From positions 1 through 55,410 of the forward strand of contig JBAIXP010000077.1 of NCBI GenBank assembly GCA_037916495.1: a DNA stretch of 55,410 nucleotides, in the 5' to 3' direction. Below the pieces are notes generated by a model, which had not been told where the DNA came from, did not search any database, and saw nothing but the letters and a program-made list of their open reading frames with translations. Origin of the DNA: Thermoplasmata archaeon. Lineage in GTDB: Archaea; Thermoplasmatota; Thermoplasmata; Lutacidiplasmatales; UBA184. Position numbers and translations under genes: made by a program. This document shows positions 26,548-34,737 of this stretch, piece after piece. Position 1 is the stretch's first letter. Every line of letters starts with the position of its first letter.

Positions 26548-28749
26548 ATGACGCACGTACGAAGCGAGCTGGCGAAGGCCATTCCCGAGATGATGCGGCA
26601 GATCGACCGCATCCGCAACATCGGGATCGTTGCCCACATCCACCACGGGAAGACGACCCTCTCCGACAACCTGCTCGCCGCCGCGGGGATGATCTCGAAC
26701 GAGCTCGCGGGCAAGCAGCTCTACCTCAACTTCGACGAGCAGGAGCAGGCGCGGCTCCTCACCATCAACAACGCGGACGTGACGATCGTCCACGAGTTCG
26801 AGAACCAGCAGTATCTCATCAACCTCATCGACACGCCGGGCCACGTCGACTTCGGCGGGGACGTCACGCGCGCGATGCGCGCGGTCGACGGCGCCATCGT
26901 CGTCGTCTGCGCGGTCGAGGGCGTGATGGCGCAGACGGAGACCGTGCTGCGCCAGGCGCTCCGCGAGAAGGTGAAGCCGGTCCTCTTCATCAACAAGGTC
27001 GACCGGGCGATCAAGGAGCTCAAGCTCACCCCCGAGTCGTTCCAGAAGCGGTTCACCGCGATCATCGCCGAGGTCAACGAGCTCATCCGCCGCATGGCGC
27101 CTGAGGAGTTCGTCGACGAGTGGTCGGTCGACCCCCGTGACGGGTCGGTCGCCTTCGGCTCGGGCTACGAGAACTGGGCGATCAGCGTGCCGTACATGCA
27201 GCGGACGGGCGTGAAGTTCCCGGACATCATCGACTACGTCTCCACGGGCCGTTCCCGCGAGATCGCGCAGAAGGCGAAGATCAACGACGTCGTCTTCGAC
27301 ATGGTCGTCCGTCACCTGCCGAGCCCGAAGGTCGCGCAGAAGTACCGCATCCCCAACATCTGGAAGGGGGAGATCGGCTCGTCGGTCGGCCAGGCGATGG
27401 TCAACACCGACTCGTCGGGTCCGACCGCGTTCATGGTCACCGACATCACGATGGACCCGAGCGCGGGCGAGATCGCGACCGGGCGCGTCTTCTCCGGCCA
27501 CCTCCAGAAGGGGATGGAGCTCGCGATCGTCGGGACCAAGCTCAAGAACCGCGTCCAGCACGTCTCGCTCTTCATGGGCCCCGAGCGGCTCATGGTCGAC
27601 GATGTGCCCGCCGGCAACATCGCGGCGGTCATCGGGCTCTCCGACGCGTTCGCCGGGACGACGACGAGCACGAGCGCGGACATGCTCCCGTTCGAGGAGA
27701 TCCGTCACGTCTCCGAGCCGGTCGTCACGGTCGCCATCGAGCCGAAGCGGATGGCCGATCTTCCGAAGCTCATCGACGTGATGCGTAAGGTCGGCAAGGA
27801 GGACGCGAGCCTCCGGGTCGAGATCAACCCCGAGACCGGCGAGCACCTCCTCTCGGGGATGGGCGAGCTCCACCTCGAGATCACGGAGTACCGCATCATC
27901 AACGACTACAAGGTCGAGATCGAGGCGTCGAAGCCGATCGTCGTCTACCGCGAGCTCGTGAAGCACCCCGGTGGGCCGTTCGAGGGGAAATCCCCCAACA
28001 AGCACAACAAGTTCTACTTCGAGGTCGAGGCGCTCCCGGCCGCGGTCGTCCAGGCGGTGAAGGACGGCGAGATCCCTCAGGGGAAGTCGTTCAAGGACAC
28101 CAAGTCGCTCGTCACGAAGCTCGAGGGTCTCGGCGTCTCGCGGGACGAGGGCCGCGGGATCGTGGCGGTCGAGGGGACGAACATCCTCTTTGACGTCACG
28201 AAGGGCATCCAGTACCTCAACGAGACGATGGACCTCATCGTGGACGCGTTCAAGGAGGCCGTGAACCGCGGCCCGCTCGCCAACGAGAAGGTCTTCGGTC
28301 TCAAGGTCCGCCTCGTGGACGCGAAGCTCCACGAGGACTCGATCCACCGCGGGCCCGCCCAGACGATCCCGGCCGCGCGGTCGGGGATCTACGGGGCGAT
28401 GTGCCTCGGCGACCGGCTCCTCCTCGAGCCGTTCCAGAAGGTCACGGTCAACGTCCCGCAGGATGTCCTCGCGGGCGCGACCCGCGAGCTCCAGCGCCGC
28501 CGCGGGGAGATCCTCGACATGACCAACGTCGGCGACCTCCAGACGGTCGTCGCGAAGGTCCCCGTCGCGGAGATGTTCGGCTTTGCCTCCGACATCCGCA
28601 GCGCGACCGCGGGCAAGGTGCTCTGGTCGACCGAGTCGATGGGCTTCGAGGCCGTCCCGACCGAGCTCCAGCCGAAGGTCGTCGCCGAGGTCCGCCAGCG
28701 CCGCGGGCTCAAGCCCGAGCCGTACGACGCGAGCTACTACGCCGGCTGA
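26548..28749 (+). CDS. fusA: Translation elongation factor aEF-2
   Basis: IRNIGIVAHIHHGKTTLSDNLL, DTPGHVDF, NKVDR, and the diphthamide histidine context HEDSIHRGPAQ. ATG 26548 is in frame within track ORF 26383..28749. 733 aa. Confidence 0.95.
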   Translation: MTHVRSELAKAIPEMMRQIDRIRNIGIVAHIHHGKTTLSDNLLAAAGMISNELAGKQLYLNFDEQEQARLLTINNADVTIVHEFENQQYLINLIDTPGHVDFGGDVTRAMRAVDGAIVVVCAVEGVMAQTETVLRQALREKVKPVLFINKVDRAIKELKLTPESFQKRFTAIIAEVNELIRRMAPEEFVDEWSVDPRDGSVAFGSGYENWAISVPYMQRTGVKFPDIIDYVSTGRSREIAQKAKINDVVFDMVVRHLPSPKVAQKYRIPNIWKGEIGSSVGQAMVNTDSSGPTAFMVTDITMDPSAGEIATGRVFSGHLQKGMELAIVGTKLKNRVQHVSLFMGPERLMVDDVPAGNIAAVIGLSDAFAGTTTSTSADMLPFEEIRHVSEPVVTVAIEPKRMADLPKLIDVMRKVGKEDASLRVEINPETGEHLLSGMGELHLEITEYRIINDYKVEIEASKPIVVYRELVKHPGGPFEGKSPNKHNKFYFEVEALPAAVVQAVKDGEIPQGKSFKDTKSLVTKLEGLGVSRDEGRGIVAVEGTNILFDVTKGIQYLNETMDLIVDAFKEAVNRGPLANEKVFGLKVRLVDAKLHEDSIHRGPAQTIPAARSGIYGAMCLGDRLLLEPFQKVTVNVPQDVLAGATRELQRRRGEILDMTNVGDLQTVVAKVPVAEMFGFASDIRSATAGKVLWSTESMGFEAVPTELQPKVVAEVRQRRGLKPEPYDASYYAG

Positions 28750-28753
28750 GCCG

Positions 28754-28788
28754 GGTAGAACCTACTACAGCATGTAGCAGGTTCTGCC
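28754..28788. terminator. Imperfect 15-bp hairpin (5-nt loop) just after the aEF-2 stop
   Basis: 28754-28768 pairs with 28774-28788: 13 Watson-Crick pairs, 1 G-U and 1 A-C mismatch. Core is CCTACTAC-N5-GTAGCAGG. A function as terminator or RNA element is inferred only. Confidence 0.45.
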
Positions 28789-28805
28789 GGTCGTCTCGCG
28801 GCCAT

Positions 28806-28826
28806 CCTACTACGAGCTGTAGCGGG
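28806..28826. terminator. Second, shorter copy of the same hairpin core (CCTACTAC-N5-GTAGCGGG) just after the ogt stop
   Basis: 28806-28813 pairs with 28819-28826, with the same A-C mismatch position as the first copy. Confidence 0.35.
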
Positions 28827-28841
28827 CTCGACCGCCGGCTG

Positions 28842-29453
28842 TCAGCTCTTCCGTCGTGCGCCCGCCGCGCGCACCCGTCCCTTCGGGAGCGGGTCGGGGT
28901 AGACGTCGAGGGTCCTCTGGCCCCCCGGGCGGGGGCCTTCGGCCGAGCGGGACTTGAGGGGCCAGGCTCCCTCGTGGTCGAGGAGCCAGCGCTTTCGCCA
29001 CAGACCGAGGCCGAAGCCGGTGATCGCCCCGCCCTCGCCCACCACCCGGTGGCACGGGATGACGATCGGGATCGGGTTGCGGGCCATGGCGCCGCCGACC
29101 GCACGGGCGGCTCCCGGAAAGCCCGCGCGGCGGGCGAGCTCGCCGTAGGTCACGGTCCGGCCGGCGGGGACCTTGCGCAGCACCTCCCAGACCGTCCGGT
29201 CGAACTCGGAACCGGTCTCGGGCGCGACCGCGAGGTCGAAGCGCGCGCGCCCGTCGTGGAAGTAGGCCCGGACCTGGGCGGGCGGACTCCCCTCGGCGAA
29301 CGGGGCGCGCCGTCGCGTGGCCCCGGCCGGAACGCCGGTCTGCGGGAGGCCGTTCTCGAGGAGGTCGACCACGCGGACGGCCGGTCCCTCGTAGGCGATG
29401 CGGAACGTCCCGATCGGGCTCGTGACGTCCGCGACCTCGACCGAGCCCGGCAT
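28842..29453 (-). CDS. ogt: O6-alkylguanine-DNA alkyltransferase (Ogt/MGMT) with an approximately 40-aa C-terminal extension
   Basis: TVTYGELA...NPIPIVIPCHRVV (PCHR active site). Confidence 0.9.
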   Translation of the reverse strand: MPGSVEVADVTSPIGTFRIAYEGPAVRVVDLLENGLPQTGVPAGATRRRAPFAEGSPPAQVRAYFHDGRARFDLAVAPETGSEFDRTVWEVLRKVPAGRTVTYGELARRAGFPGAARAVGGAMARNPIPIVIPCHRVVGEGGAITGFGLGLWRKRWLLDHEGAWPLKSRSAEGPRPGGQRTLDVYPDPLPKGRVRAAGARRKS

Positions 29454-29487
29454 CGCGGGGGGAGGAGCGTCCCGCCTTATCTCGGTT

Positions 29488-30177
29488 TCAACGCCGCTCG
29501 GCGCTCTCGAGGCCGTGGGGACCGATGACGAACTCCGCCGAGCCCTCGGGGAGCGCCCGGTGCTTGACGAGCACGGCCCGGCGGCGCGGCCCGCTCAGCC
29601 GGTCGAACCTCAGGATGGTCTTGGCGGCGTGGTTCAGGTACGACCCGCCGACCGGCTCGAGGGTGCCTTCCTTCACGCTCCGCCAGACCTGGTTCGTGAC
29701 GATCGCGGGGAAGCCTCGGGCGCGCGTGGCGGAGACCGCGTCGGCGATCTGGAGGGCGAGCGCCTCGCGGGCCTCCTCCTCGGTGGGTCCCGAGAGCGCA
29801 AGGCGGTAGTAGTTCGTGAGCGAGTCGACCACGAGCAGCCCGACCGGCCGCTTCCCGTCGCGGGCGAGCGCGCAAACGGTCGCGACGGCCTTGCGCTGTT
29901 CCTCGATGTCCCGGGGGGCCGAGATGAGGAGGCGCGCGAGGACCCGGTCGAGGTCGTCCGGCGCGATTGCGCGCAGGCGTTCGAGGCTCACCCCTTCGGT
30001 GTCGACGTAGAAGACGAACCGACCCTCGCGCGCGACGCGGGCCGCGACCTCGAGGCAGAAGAGGGTCTTCCCGCACCCTCCCTCCCCGAAGATCTCGGTG
30101 ACGCAGTCCGTCTCGAGGCCGCCGCCCAAGAGCCGGTCGACCGACGCGATGCCGGTCGGGAACCGGTCGGAGGGCAC
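29488..30177 (-). CDS. radB: DNA repair and recombination protein RadB (RadA/RecA paralog)
   Basis: Walker A EIFGEGGCGKT, Walker B LLVVDS, short size (229 aa) with no N-terminal HhH domain. Confidence 0.85.
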   Translation of the reverse strand: MPSDRFPTGIASVDRLLGGGLETDCVTEIFGEGGCGKTLFCLEVAARVAREGRFVFYVDTEGVSLERLRAIAPDDLDRVLARLLISAPRDIEEQRKAVATVCALARDGKRPVGLLVVDSLTNYYRLALSGPTEEEAREALALQIADAVSATRARGFPAIVTNQVWRSVKEGTLEPVGGSYLNHAAKTILRFDRLSGPRRRAVLVKHRALPEGSAEFVIGPHGLESAERR

Positions 30178-30232
30178 GGCAGCGGGACCGGCCGGCCCCC
30201 TTTACGTTCGGCCCCGCCGAGCGACCCGGGGC

Positions 30233-30367
30233 TTACCGGGCCTTGAGGACCTTCTTGACGTTCGGGTGCTCCTTGGTGAAGATCTTCCCGCCGCAGTTGT
30301 CGCACCGGACGCCGAAGAGGTTCGCGTCCGAGGGGAGCGCCTCCCCGCAGCGGATACAGCGGAACAT
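30233..30367 (-). CDS. rpoP: DNA-directed RNA polymerase subunit P (Rpo12/RpoP)
   Basis: Not in the ORF track (44 aa). My translation is MFRCIRCGEALPSDANLFGVRCDNCGGKIFTKEHPNVKKVLKAR: a CxxC...CxxC zinc ribbon with the typical ...KAR end, in the canonical position after rpl37ae. Confidence 0.8.
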   Translation of the reverse strand: MFRCIRCGEALPSDANLFGVRCDNCGGKIFTKEHPNVKKVLKAR

Positions 30368-30398
30368 GTCCTTCTCCGAACGAGCGACCGGTCGAGCT

Positions 30399-30671
30399 TT
30401 AAGCGTTGTCGGACGCCGCCCGGTCCTTCTCCGTCCGCGTGATCGGGGGCGGGGGGCTGAACAGATAGGCGTTCGAGGCGAAGCGGGTGCCGCACCGCGA
30501 GCACTCGAAGATGCCGCTCGCCACCCGACGGAGCGTGACGGTCGCGCACCGCGGGCAGGCGGCCGGCTTCTTGCGGGCCCGGTCGATGTCGAGGACGCGC
30601 CGGCGGATCCGGATCCCGTAGCGGGCCCCCATCCAGCCGGTCGGGCCGACCTTCTTCGTGCGCTGGCTCAT
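30399..30671 (-). CDS. rpl37ae: 50S ribosomal protein L37Ae (eL43)
   Basis: [19 protein letters not shown]...CPRC....LRRVASGIFECSRCG..FA. ATG 30671 overlaps the rrp42 stop (ATGA). Confidence 0.85.
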   Translation of the reverse strand: MSQRTKKVGPTGWMGARYGIRIRRRVLDIDRARKKPAACPRCATVTLRRVASGIFECSRCGTRFASNAYLFSPPPPITRTEKDRAASDNA

Positions 30672-31456
30672 GCGGAGCCTCCGCGGATCGATCCGCGCAG
30701 CCGCTCCCCGTGGACGAAGGCGCGCCGGACGAGCGCGCGCACGTCGTCGGGGGAGAACGCCCCGATGAGGCCCTTCTGCATCGCCACGACCCGGCCCGCC
30801 TCGTCGGTCGCGACCGTGAGGCGGCCCTGGGCGGCGTGCTCCTCGTCGAACGTCGGGTCGACGACGATGGTGTCGCCGAGGCGCACGAACGTGCACTCGA
30901 TAGGGACGTGGTGGACGGGGAGCTTGTAGTCCTCCTCGGCGATGCCGAACCGCTTCGCGGGGACGGTGGCGTTCGAGAGCGCCGTGACCGCCGCGAGGAG
31001 CGCGGCGTCGATGAGGTTGCCGGCATGGGCGAGGACGTGGATGTCGACGAAGCACGTCCAGCACTTCTCCCCCGGCGTCACGCACAGGGACGCGAGGTCC
31101 ACCATCTCGGCCGCGCGGATCGCGCGGTCGACCACGCGCGAGACCTCGATCGCCCCGGGCTGGGGTGGGCCGGGCTCGAACGTCGGGCTCGAGAGCGGGA
31201 TCAACTCGGCGTTGGTGGTGAGGACCCCCGCGTTCGGGGTGTCGGGAAACGGCTTCCCGGGCTCGAGCTTGATCCCGGCGAGGACCATCGTCTCGCCGAT
31301 GCGGACGAGCGCGCTGCCGTCCGCCGTGACGACAAAGCCGGGCTCGAGCGAGACCGCTCGGTAGTCGTCCGGGCCGCGGCCGTCGAGCCGCTTTCCCCCG
31401 GAGGCGAGGTCGAGGATGTGCGTCTGGAGGATCTCGGCGGTGACCTCTTCCGTCAT
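30668..31456 (-). CDS. rrp42: Exosome complex subunit Rrp42 (inactive RNase PH-like)
   Basis: [27 protein letters not shown] and the RNase PH fold pattern. ATG 31456 overlaps the rrp41 stop. The upstream part of track ORF 30668..32419 is a shadow of rrp41. Confidence 0.85.
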   Translation of the reverse strand: MTEEVTAEILQTHILDLASGGKRLDGRGPDDYRAVSLEPGFVVTADGSALVRIGETMVLAGIKLEPGKPFPDTPNAGVLTTNAELIPLSSPTFEPGPPQPGAIEVSRVVDRAIRAAEMVDLASLCVTPGEKCWTCFVDIHVLAHAGNLIDAALLAAVTALSNATVPAKRFGIAEEDYKLPVHHVPIECTFVRLGDTIVVDPTFDEEHAAQGRLTVATDEAGRVVAMQKGLIGAFSPDDVRALVRRAFVHGERLRGSIRGGSA

Positions 31457-32205
31457 GCCGCCTCCGCCGCGACCGGTTCGACCGAGTAGCGCTCCTTGAG
31501 CGCCGCCTTCATCCGGGTGTAGATGTCCTTGCAGCCCGCGACGCCGAGGTCGAGGGCCTGGGAGAGCTCGGCCTCGGACATGTGGCCCTCCATCTGGAGG
31601 AGCACGAGCCGGCCGGACTGCGGGACGAGCGCCATCGGGAGGTCCGCCTCGCCGAAGTTGTCCTCCTCCTTCTTGAGGTCGAGGGCGATCTGGCCCGCGA
31701 CCTTGCCGACGGCGACCGCCGGAAGGAGGTCGACCATCGGGATCCCCGCGTCCGCGAGGGCGACAGACCCCGCCACCAGGCCCGCGCAGCGGGTCCCGGC
31801 GTTCGCCTGCAGCACCTCGATGTAGACGTCGATGCTCGTCCGGGGGAACTCCTCGGCGAAGACGACCGATTCGAACGCCTCGGCGATGACCTTGGAGATC
31901 TCCTGCGAGCGGCGGTCGAGCCCCGGGCGCTTGCGCTCGTCGACCGAGAAGGCCGCCATGTTGTAGCGGCACTGGATGACCGCCTTGTTGTTCTGCTGGA
32001 GGTGGCGCGGGTGGACCTCGCGGGGTCCGTAGACGGCCGCCATCACCTTGTTCTGGCCCCACTCGACGAACGCCGAGCCGTCCGCCTGGCGGAGGACCCC
32101 CGCCCGGATCTGGATCGGTCGCAGCTCGTCCAATCTTCGCCCGTCGATCCTGCGCCCGTCCGGCGTCAGGAGCACCGGGACCTCTTTCGCCCCTACGTTT
32201 CCCAT
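31453..32205 (-). CDS. rrp41: Exosome complex exonuclease Rrp41 (RNase PH-like, catalytic)
   Basis: [13 protein letters not shown]...[23 protein letters not shown]...DERKRPG.DRRS.E. Confidence 0.9.
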   Translation of the reverse strand: MGNVGAKEVPVLLTPDGRRIDGRRLDELRPIQIRAGVLRQADGSAFVEWGQNKVMAAVYGPREVHPRHLQQNNKAVIQCRYNMAAFSVDERKRPGLDRRSQEISKVIAEAFESVVFAEEFPRTSIDVYIEVLQANAGTRCAGLVAGSVALADAGIPMVDLLPAVAVGKVAGQIALDLKKEEDNFGEADLPMALVPQSGRLVLLQMEGHMSEAELSQALDLGVAGCKDIYTRMKAALKERYSVEPVAAEAA

Positions 32206-33074
32206 GAGGTTCGTTCCTCCTCGGAGTGTGATGGTTCGCCCGGCTCCGGCGTCTCGTCCGCCGGCCCCTCGTCCTCCTCCTCGTCGTCCCCGCCCTCGTC
32301 CGTCCGGGGGGCGGTCGGCGCCTCCCCCTCGGGCTCGGGCTGCGAGGCGGTCGGGGAGGAAGCGAGCAGGTAGCGGTGGACCCGGTCGGTGAGCCCGGAG
32401 CGCTGGCCGTTCTCGTCAATCATGCGAAGGACCTCGGAGACCCGTCGGATCTGCTCGTCGGTCCCGCCGACCCAGATCCGCCCGTTCTGTCCGATCGCGA
32501 CATCCGCGCCGGTCCGCTCGCGGATCGTCTGGATCATCGAGCCGCCCCGGCCGACCAGGCGGGGGACCCGGGCCGGCGAGATCCGCACGATCGTGCCGGC
32601 TTCGAGCTTGCCTAACTCCTCGCCGAGCATCGTGACGCCGATGCGTCCGGTCGGGTCGAGGTTTTCGACCCGGACGACGACCGCATCGCCGACCCTGAGG
32701 TAACGCTCGGTCTCGCCGACGTCGACCTTCCACGGGGCGCCGGTCATGTGGAGCGGAGCCCATCGGGGGGCTCCGATGTCGAGCAACCAGAACGTGTTCT
32801 GGACGTCCGTCACGGTGCCGACGACGGTGTCGCCCGGCTTCGGGATGTACCTCCCGGAGAGGGGAACGACCTGGACGAGCGGCGGCCGAGGGGACAGAAG
32901 ACCGAGAATGCTCGCGTAGACACGCCCCCCGACACGGTAGGTTCCCGGTCCGGGGCGCAGGCCACGGGCCGGGAGCTCCTGTCCGGGTAGAACTAGTACG
33001 CGCTCCCGGGACGGGGGCGAGGAGTGTCCCTCGCCGTCACCGGCACGGTGGCCGGGACGATGACCTCGTGGCAT
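32193..33074 (-). CDS. rrp4: Exosome RNA-binding subunit Rrp4 (S1 + KH) with a long acidic C-terminal tail
   Basis: [13 protein letters not shown] (S1), [10 protein letters not shown] and GQNGRIWV (KH). About 60 C-terminal residues are rich in D/E/P. It overlaps the rrp41 start by 13 nt. Confidence 0.85.
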   Translation of the reverse strand: MPRGHRPGHRAGDGEGHSSPPSRERVLVLPGQELPARGLRPGPGTYRVGGRVYASILGLLSPRPPLVQVVPLSGRYIPKPGDTVVGTVTDVQNTFWLLDIGAPRWAPLHMTGAPWKVDVGETERYLRVGDAVVVRVENLDPTGRIGVTMLGEELGKLEAGTIVRISPARVPRLVGRGGSMIQTIRERTGADVAIGQNGRIWVGGTDEQIRRVSEVLRMIDENGQRSGLTDRVHRYLLASSPTASQPEPEGEAPTAPRTDEGGDDEEEDEGPADETPEPGEPSHSEEERTSWET

Positions 33075-33110
33075 TTTTCCTGCTGCACCGAGGCGCGCGA
33101 CGGGGGCGCG

Positions 33111-33119
33111 CTATTTAAC
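33111..33119 (-). promoter_or_regulatory. Possible internal TATA box (minus strand GTTAAATAG) overlapping the sdo1 stop, about 40 nt upstream of the rrp4 ATG
   Basis: It closely resembles the TTTAAATAG element upstream of rps12. Confidence 0.35.
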
Positions 33120-33806
33120 CAAAGCGGTTTCGGCGGCCCCCTTGGTGCGGGCGTTGAGCTTCTCGTAGAGCTCCGTCTGGACGCCGGCGGGGATCTCGAC
33201 GACCCCGCTCCAGGAGCCGTCGCCCATCCAGATCTCCTCGAGGAGACGGCCGAGCCCCTTGATCTCGCCGATGACGCGCGGGTAGTGCTGCGCGGGGACG
33301 CGGATCCGGACCTTCACGACGTCAAGACGTATCGGAAGGAGCGGCCGGAGCTTCGCGAGGACCTCCTGGACCTGGGCGTCGACGGGCCGGAACGGGTCGA
33401 TATGGACCTTCGCCTCGGTCATCGCCGCCTCGATCCGCGCCGGAGGGTGGGGGGCGCCGGTCTGGGGGTTCATCGCGTTGCGCGCGATCGTCGCGACGAT
33501 CTGCTTGCGCTTCGCCTCCTGGAGGCGGTGGCGCTGCTCGGTGGTGACCTGGACCTCTCCCTTGAGGACGATCTGCTTGGCGATCGCCGCGAGGTTGCGG
33601 GTCTTGAACGTCCGTTCGAGGTGCTCCTCGGAGATCTTGTCGCCCTTCTTCGCGTCCTTGAACACCTGGTCGAGCGCGAGCTTGTCGGTAAGGTCGACGT
33701 CCTTGCCGTCCTTGAGGTCCTGCACGGCCTGAGGGTCGACCAGGACCTCGAACCGGGAGCCCTGCGTCTCCCAGCGCGCGATCACCGCGTCCTCGACCTT
33801 CACCAC
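33111..33806 (-). CDS. sdo1: Ribosome maturation protein SBDS/Sdo1
   Basis: VIARWETQGSRFEVLVDP....DL..G......L....VF.DA.KG, three-domain length of 231 aa, canonical position between psmA and rrp4. Confidence 0.9.
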   Translation of the reverse strand: MVKVEDAVIARWETQGSRFEVLVDPQAVQDLKDGKDVDLTDKLALDQVFKDAKKGDKISEEHLERTFKTRNLAAIAKQIVLKGEVQVTTEQRHRLQEAKRKQIVATIARNAMNPQTGAPHPPARIEAAMTEAKVHIDPFRPVDAQVQEVLAKLRPLLPIRLDVVKVRIRVPAQHYPRVIGEIKGLGRLLEEIWMGDGSWSGVVEIPAGVQTELYEKLNARTKGAAETALVK

Positions 33807-33830
33807 GGAAGGCCCCTCCAGCTCACCGGC

Positions 33831-34586
33831 CTAGCTGCGGCCGGCCTTGCCCGAGCCGCCGGCCGCGGGCAGGCGCTGGACGAACTTCTGGATCTCGTCG
33901 GACGAGAGGCGGTTCATCCCCTCGCCGACCTGGACGGTGCAGACCTCGACCTGGGCGAGCGACCCGTTCTCCTCGAGCGCGGCGCGCAGCCCCTCGAGCG
34001 CGAGGAGGATCGCGGCGTCGCGGTCGAGCCCGGGTCGGTACTTCTGCTCGAAGAGCTCCATCACGGGGCCCTTGTTGCCGCCGGTGCTGTCGGCCTTGAA
34101 GCTGGTCATCGAGCCGCTCGGCTCCGTCTCGAACAGGTGGACCCCGGTGTCGTCGTAGCCGCCGACCAGGAGCGCGGTGCCGAAGGGACGCACGCCCCCG
34201 AACTGGGTGTACTGTTGCTTGTAGTCGCAGATCCGGCGGACGAGCATTTCGACCGGCATCGGCTCGGCGTAGGTGACGCGGTTCACCTGGGCGGCGAGGC
34301 GGGCGTAGTCGACCAGCACGCGCGCGTCGGCGACGAGCCCCGCGGTCGCGCACGCGATGTTCTCGTCGATCTGGTGGATCTTCTCGAGGCTCGACGGCTC
34401 GGCGAGCTTGGGGTTGGGGATGCGGCGGTCGGCGATGAGGACGACGCCGTTCGAGTAGACGAGGCCCGCGGTCGTCGCGCCGCGGCGCACGGCCTCGCGC
34501 GCGTACTCGACCTGGAAGAGCCGACCGTCCGGCGAGAAGACCGTGATCGCACGGTCGTAGGCCATCTGGCCGGGTTGCATCTCCAT
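33831..34586 (-). CDS. psmA: Proteasome alpha subunit
   Basis: MAYDRAITVFSPDGRLFQVEYAREAV..G.T. ATG 34586 is in frame within track ORF 33831..34739. 251 aa. Confidence 0.92.
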   Translation of the reverse strand: MEMQPGQMAYDRAITVFSPDGRLFQVEYAREAVRRGATTAGLVYSNGVVLIADRRIPNPKLAEPSSLEKIHQIDENIACATAGLVADARVLVDYARLAAQVNRVTYAEPMPVEMLVRRICDYKQQYTQFGGVRPFGTALLVGGYDDTGVHLFETEPSGSMTSFKADSTGGNKGPVMELFEQKYRPGLDRDAAILLALEGLRAALEENGSLAQVEVCTVQVGEGMNRLSSDEIQKFVQRLPAAGGSGKAGRS

Positions 34587-34618
34587 AGGTGCGCTCCGGG
34601 CCCCGGCACCGACGGGCC

Positions 34619-34627
34619 CTTTATAAC
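34619..34627 (-). promoter_or_regulatory. TATA box (minus strand GTTATAAAG) for the psmA superoperon
   Basis: AT-rich nonamer about 37 nt upstream of the psmA ATG. Confidence 0.55.
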
Positions 34628-34737
34628 GCCCGCCCGGGAGGTGGCGTCGACTCCATCCGGTCCGGCCGGTCCGGGCGGTACCGCGGAGGCGCGGGAGCCG
34701 CCAACGGTATCTTCCGTCGACCCCCCGGGAAGGTCGC

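Noticed and set aside
26467-28347. 626-aa minus-strand ORF
   Set aside because: It is antisense to aEF-2.
28750-28841. Possible C/D-box sRNA or mini-CRISPR in the aEF-2/ogt gap
   Set aside because: There is no RUGAUGA C box. There are only two short related hairpins, with no spacer-repeat periodicity. I kept it as a hairpin-pair finding instead.
32975-33000. GTAGAACTAGTAC inside rrp4, resembling the GTAGAACCTACTAC arm of the 28754 hairpin
   Set aside because: It is a short match inside a coding region with no partner arm, so it is probably coincidence.
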